Shown here: one piece after another, positions 54,315-55,001 of the stretch
Layout of the letters: every line of letters starts with the position of its first letter
How positions within the stretch are numbered: the stretch's first letter is position 1
Source of the DNA: a virus
Lineage: Duplodnaviria > Caudoviricetes
Direction: 5' to 3' (one strand)
Virus record (IMG/VR): IMGVR_UViG_3300037424_000895
Coordinates: 1 to 55,001 of that record
DNA: 55,001 nucleotides
Program-made: the position numbers and the translations under genes
Notes under the pieces: model-generated
Told to the model about the DNA's origin: nothing
Databases searched by the model: none
The model's input: only the letters and a program-made list of their open reading frames with translations

Positions 54315-54396
54315 GAATTACCTCCATTTGTTTGATGGAGTAATTATATCATGAGCATCAAAAAAGTAAACTCTTATTTGAGTCTTAGTGAAGCTT
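54311..54396 (-). repeat. 86-bp early-promoter cassette, copy 2 (inserted copy)
   Basis: Identical to 52187-52272; bracketed by the 13-bp repeat GAAGCTTAATCAT. Confidence 0.95.
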
Positions 54397-54646
54397 AATC
54401 ATATTCGTTAGTGGAGTTGACAGGTTGAAATCTCGGTCGATTTGGGTTACAGGCATGGATCTTACCTTCTAGGCTTCCGTGAGAGTACACTAATCTCCAG
54501 CCGAACTTGGTCATCTTCCACGCGACGCCGGAACAGCAACAGATGCTGCAGTGAGTTCTCTTTTCTCTGTAAGAACTAGGCTCTTCATCATGATCCATCG
54601 AGTCAAACGCCTGAGCTGCATGAAATGGGCTACCGAAGATGTACAT
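54395..54646 (-). CDS. Small Cys-rich protein
   Basis: 83-aa ORF. Confidence 0.6.
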   Translation of the reverse strand: MYIFGSPFHAAQAFDSMDHDEEPSSYREKRTHCSICCCSGVAWKMTKFGWRLVYSHGSLEGKIHACNPNRPRFQPVNSTNEYD

Positions 54647-55001
54647 TACAGTGCAAACCCTTCTTTTACAGTGTCACGGGTAGGGCCCCAGCTTTCTAGG
54701 AAGCAAGGCATTCCAACTTCTCGAGCGATCGAAGCAGCTAGGTTTTCACGTTTGACACTTACAACGGTTCCACCAACGCGATACTTTGAAAGATCATCGG
54801 CTTGATCTAAGCAGGTAATTGCCAGATTTGGGAAGACCTTGACCTTCGAGTCAAAGCTCTCCAGGTCAGTCTTGATGCGTTCACGAACCTTGCTGACGTT
54901 AAGCTGTCCCATGCGGAACTTGCCTTGGAACTCGTTTTCTTTGTTAGACAGTTCCACTGCATTCTTGAACGGCTTGTCTCTTTCGTTCTCCATCGGTCCC
55001 A
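54646..55001 (-). CDS. C-terminal part of an adenylosuccinate-synthetase (PurA)-like protein; runs off the window
   Basis: Frame is open to the window edge: GPMENE (cf. GPFPTE), FQG.FR.G.L, LAITCLDQ, SWGPT. Confidence 0.65.
   Translation of the reverse strand, partial: GPMENERDKPFKNAVELSNKENEFQGKFRMGQLNVSKVRERIKTDLESFDSKVKVFPNLAITCLDQADDLSKYRVGGTVVSVKRENLAASIAREVGMPCFLESWGPTRDTVKEGFAL

Noticed and set aside
1-55001. CRISPR array
   Set aside because: No regularly spaced repeat-spacer series. Repeats are dispersed promoters or two-copy duplications.
54646-55001. PurZ (2-aminoadenine DNA pathway)
   Set aside because: Only the C-terminal fragment is visible; the residues that distinguish PurZ from PurA lie outside the window.

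Overview
This 55-kb window comes from a large (probably jumbo) T4-superfamily-like dsDNA phage of a Gram-negative host. Genes are dense, mostly on the minus strand and in the standard code. There are about 20 copies of a T4-type early promoter (GTTTACwTT-N~12-TGATATAAT) and several T4-type late promoters (nATAAATA). Metabolic and nucleic-acid cargo includes NAD salvage (NAMPT and NMNAT-Nudix), a CoaE-CoaD fusion, an ACP-domain fusion, ClpP, a DinG-like helicase, an AAA+ ATPase and RNase H. Spanins and several homing endonucleases are also present. An RNA repair kit is scattered across the window: a PNK-like kinase, a 2H phosphodiesterase, an RNA ligase, and a Ro60/TROVE gene split by an HNH gene with a candidate Y-like RNA just upstream. 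The main discovery is a ~6.5-kb tRNA array (17231-23733) whose readable anticodons are only Leu, Ser, Tyr and Trp. It is headed by a 32-codon leader ORF with 15 consecutive Leu/Ser/Tyr/Trp codons, mutually exclusive antiterminator and terminator hairpins, and a boxA-like site. This looks like a ribosome-sensing attenuator that would switch on the phage tRNAs when those tRNAs are depleted. The window also holds structurally novel tRNAs (extra-helix Leu tRNAs, a 28-nt anticodon-loop insert, a 124-nt D-loop insert, a double T-arm RNA) and several large structured ncRNA candidates. All calls were made by eye; no database searches or folding programs were run.
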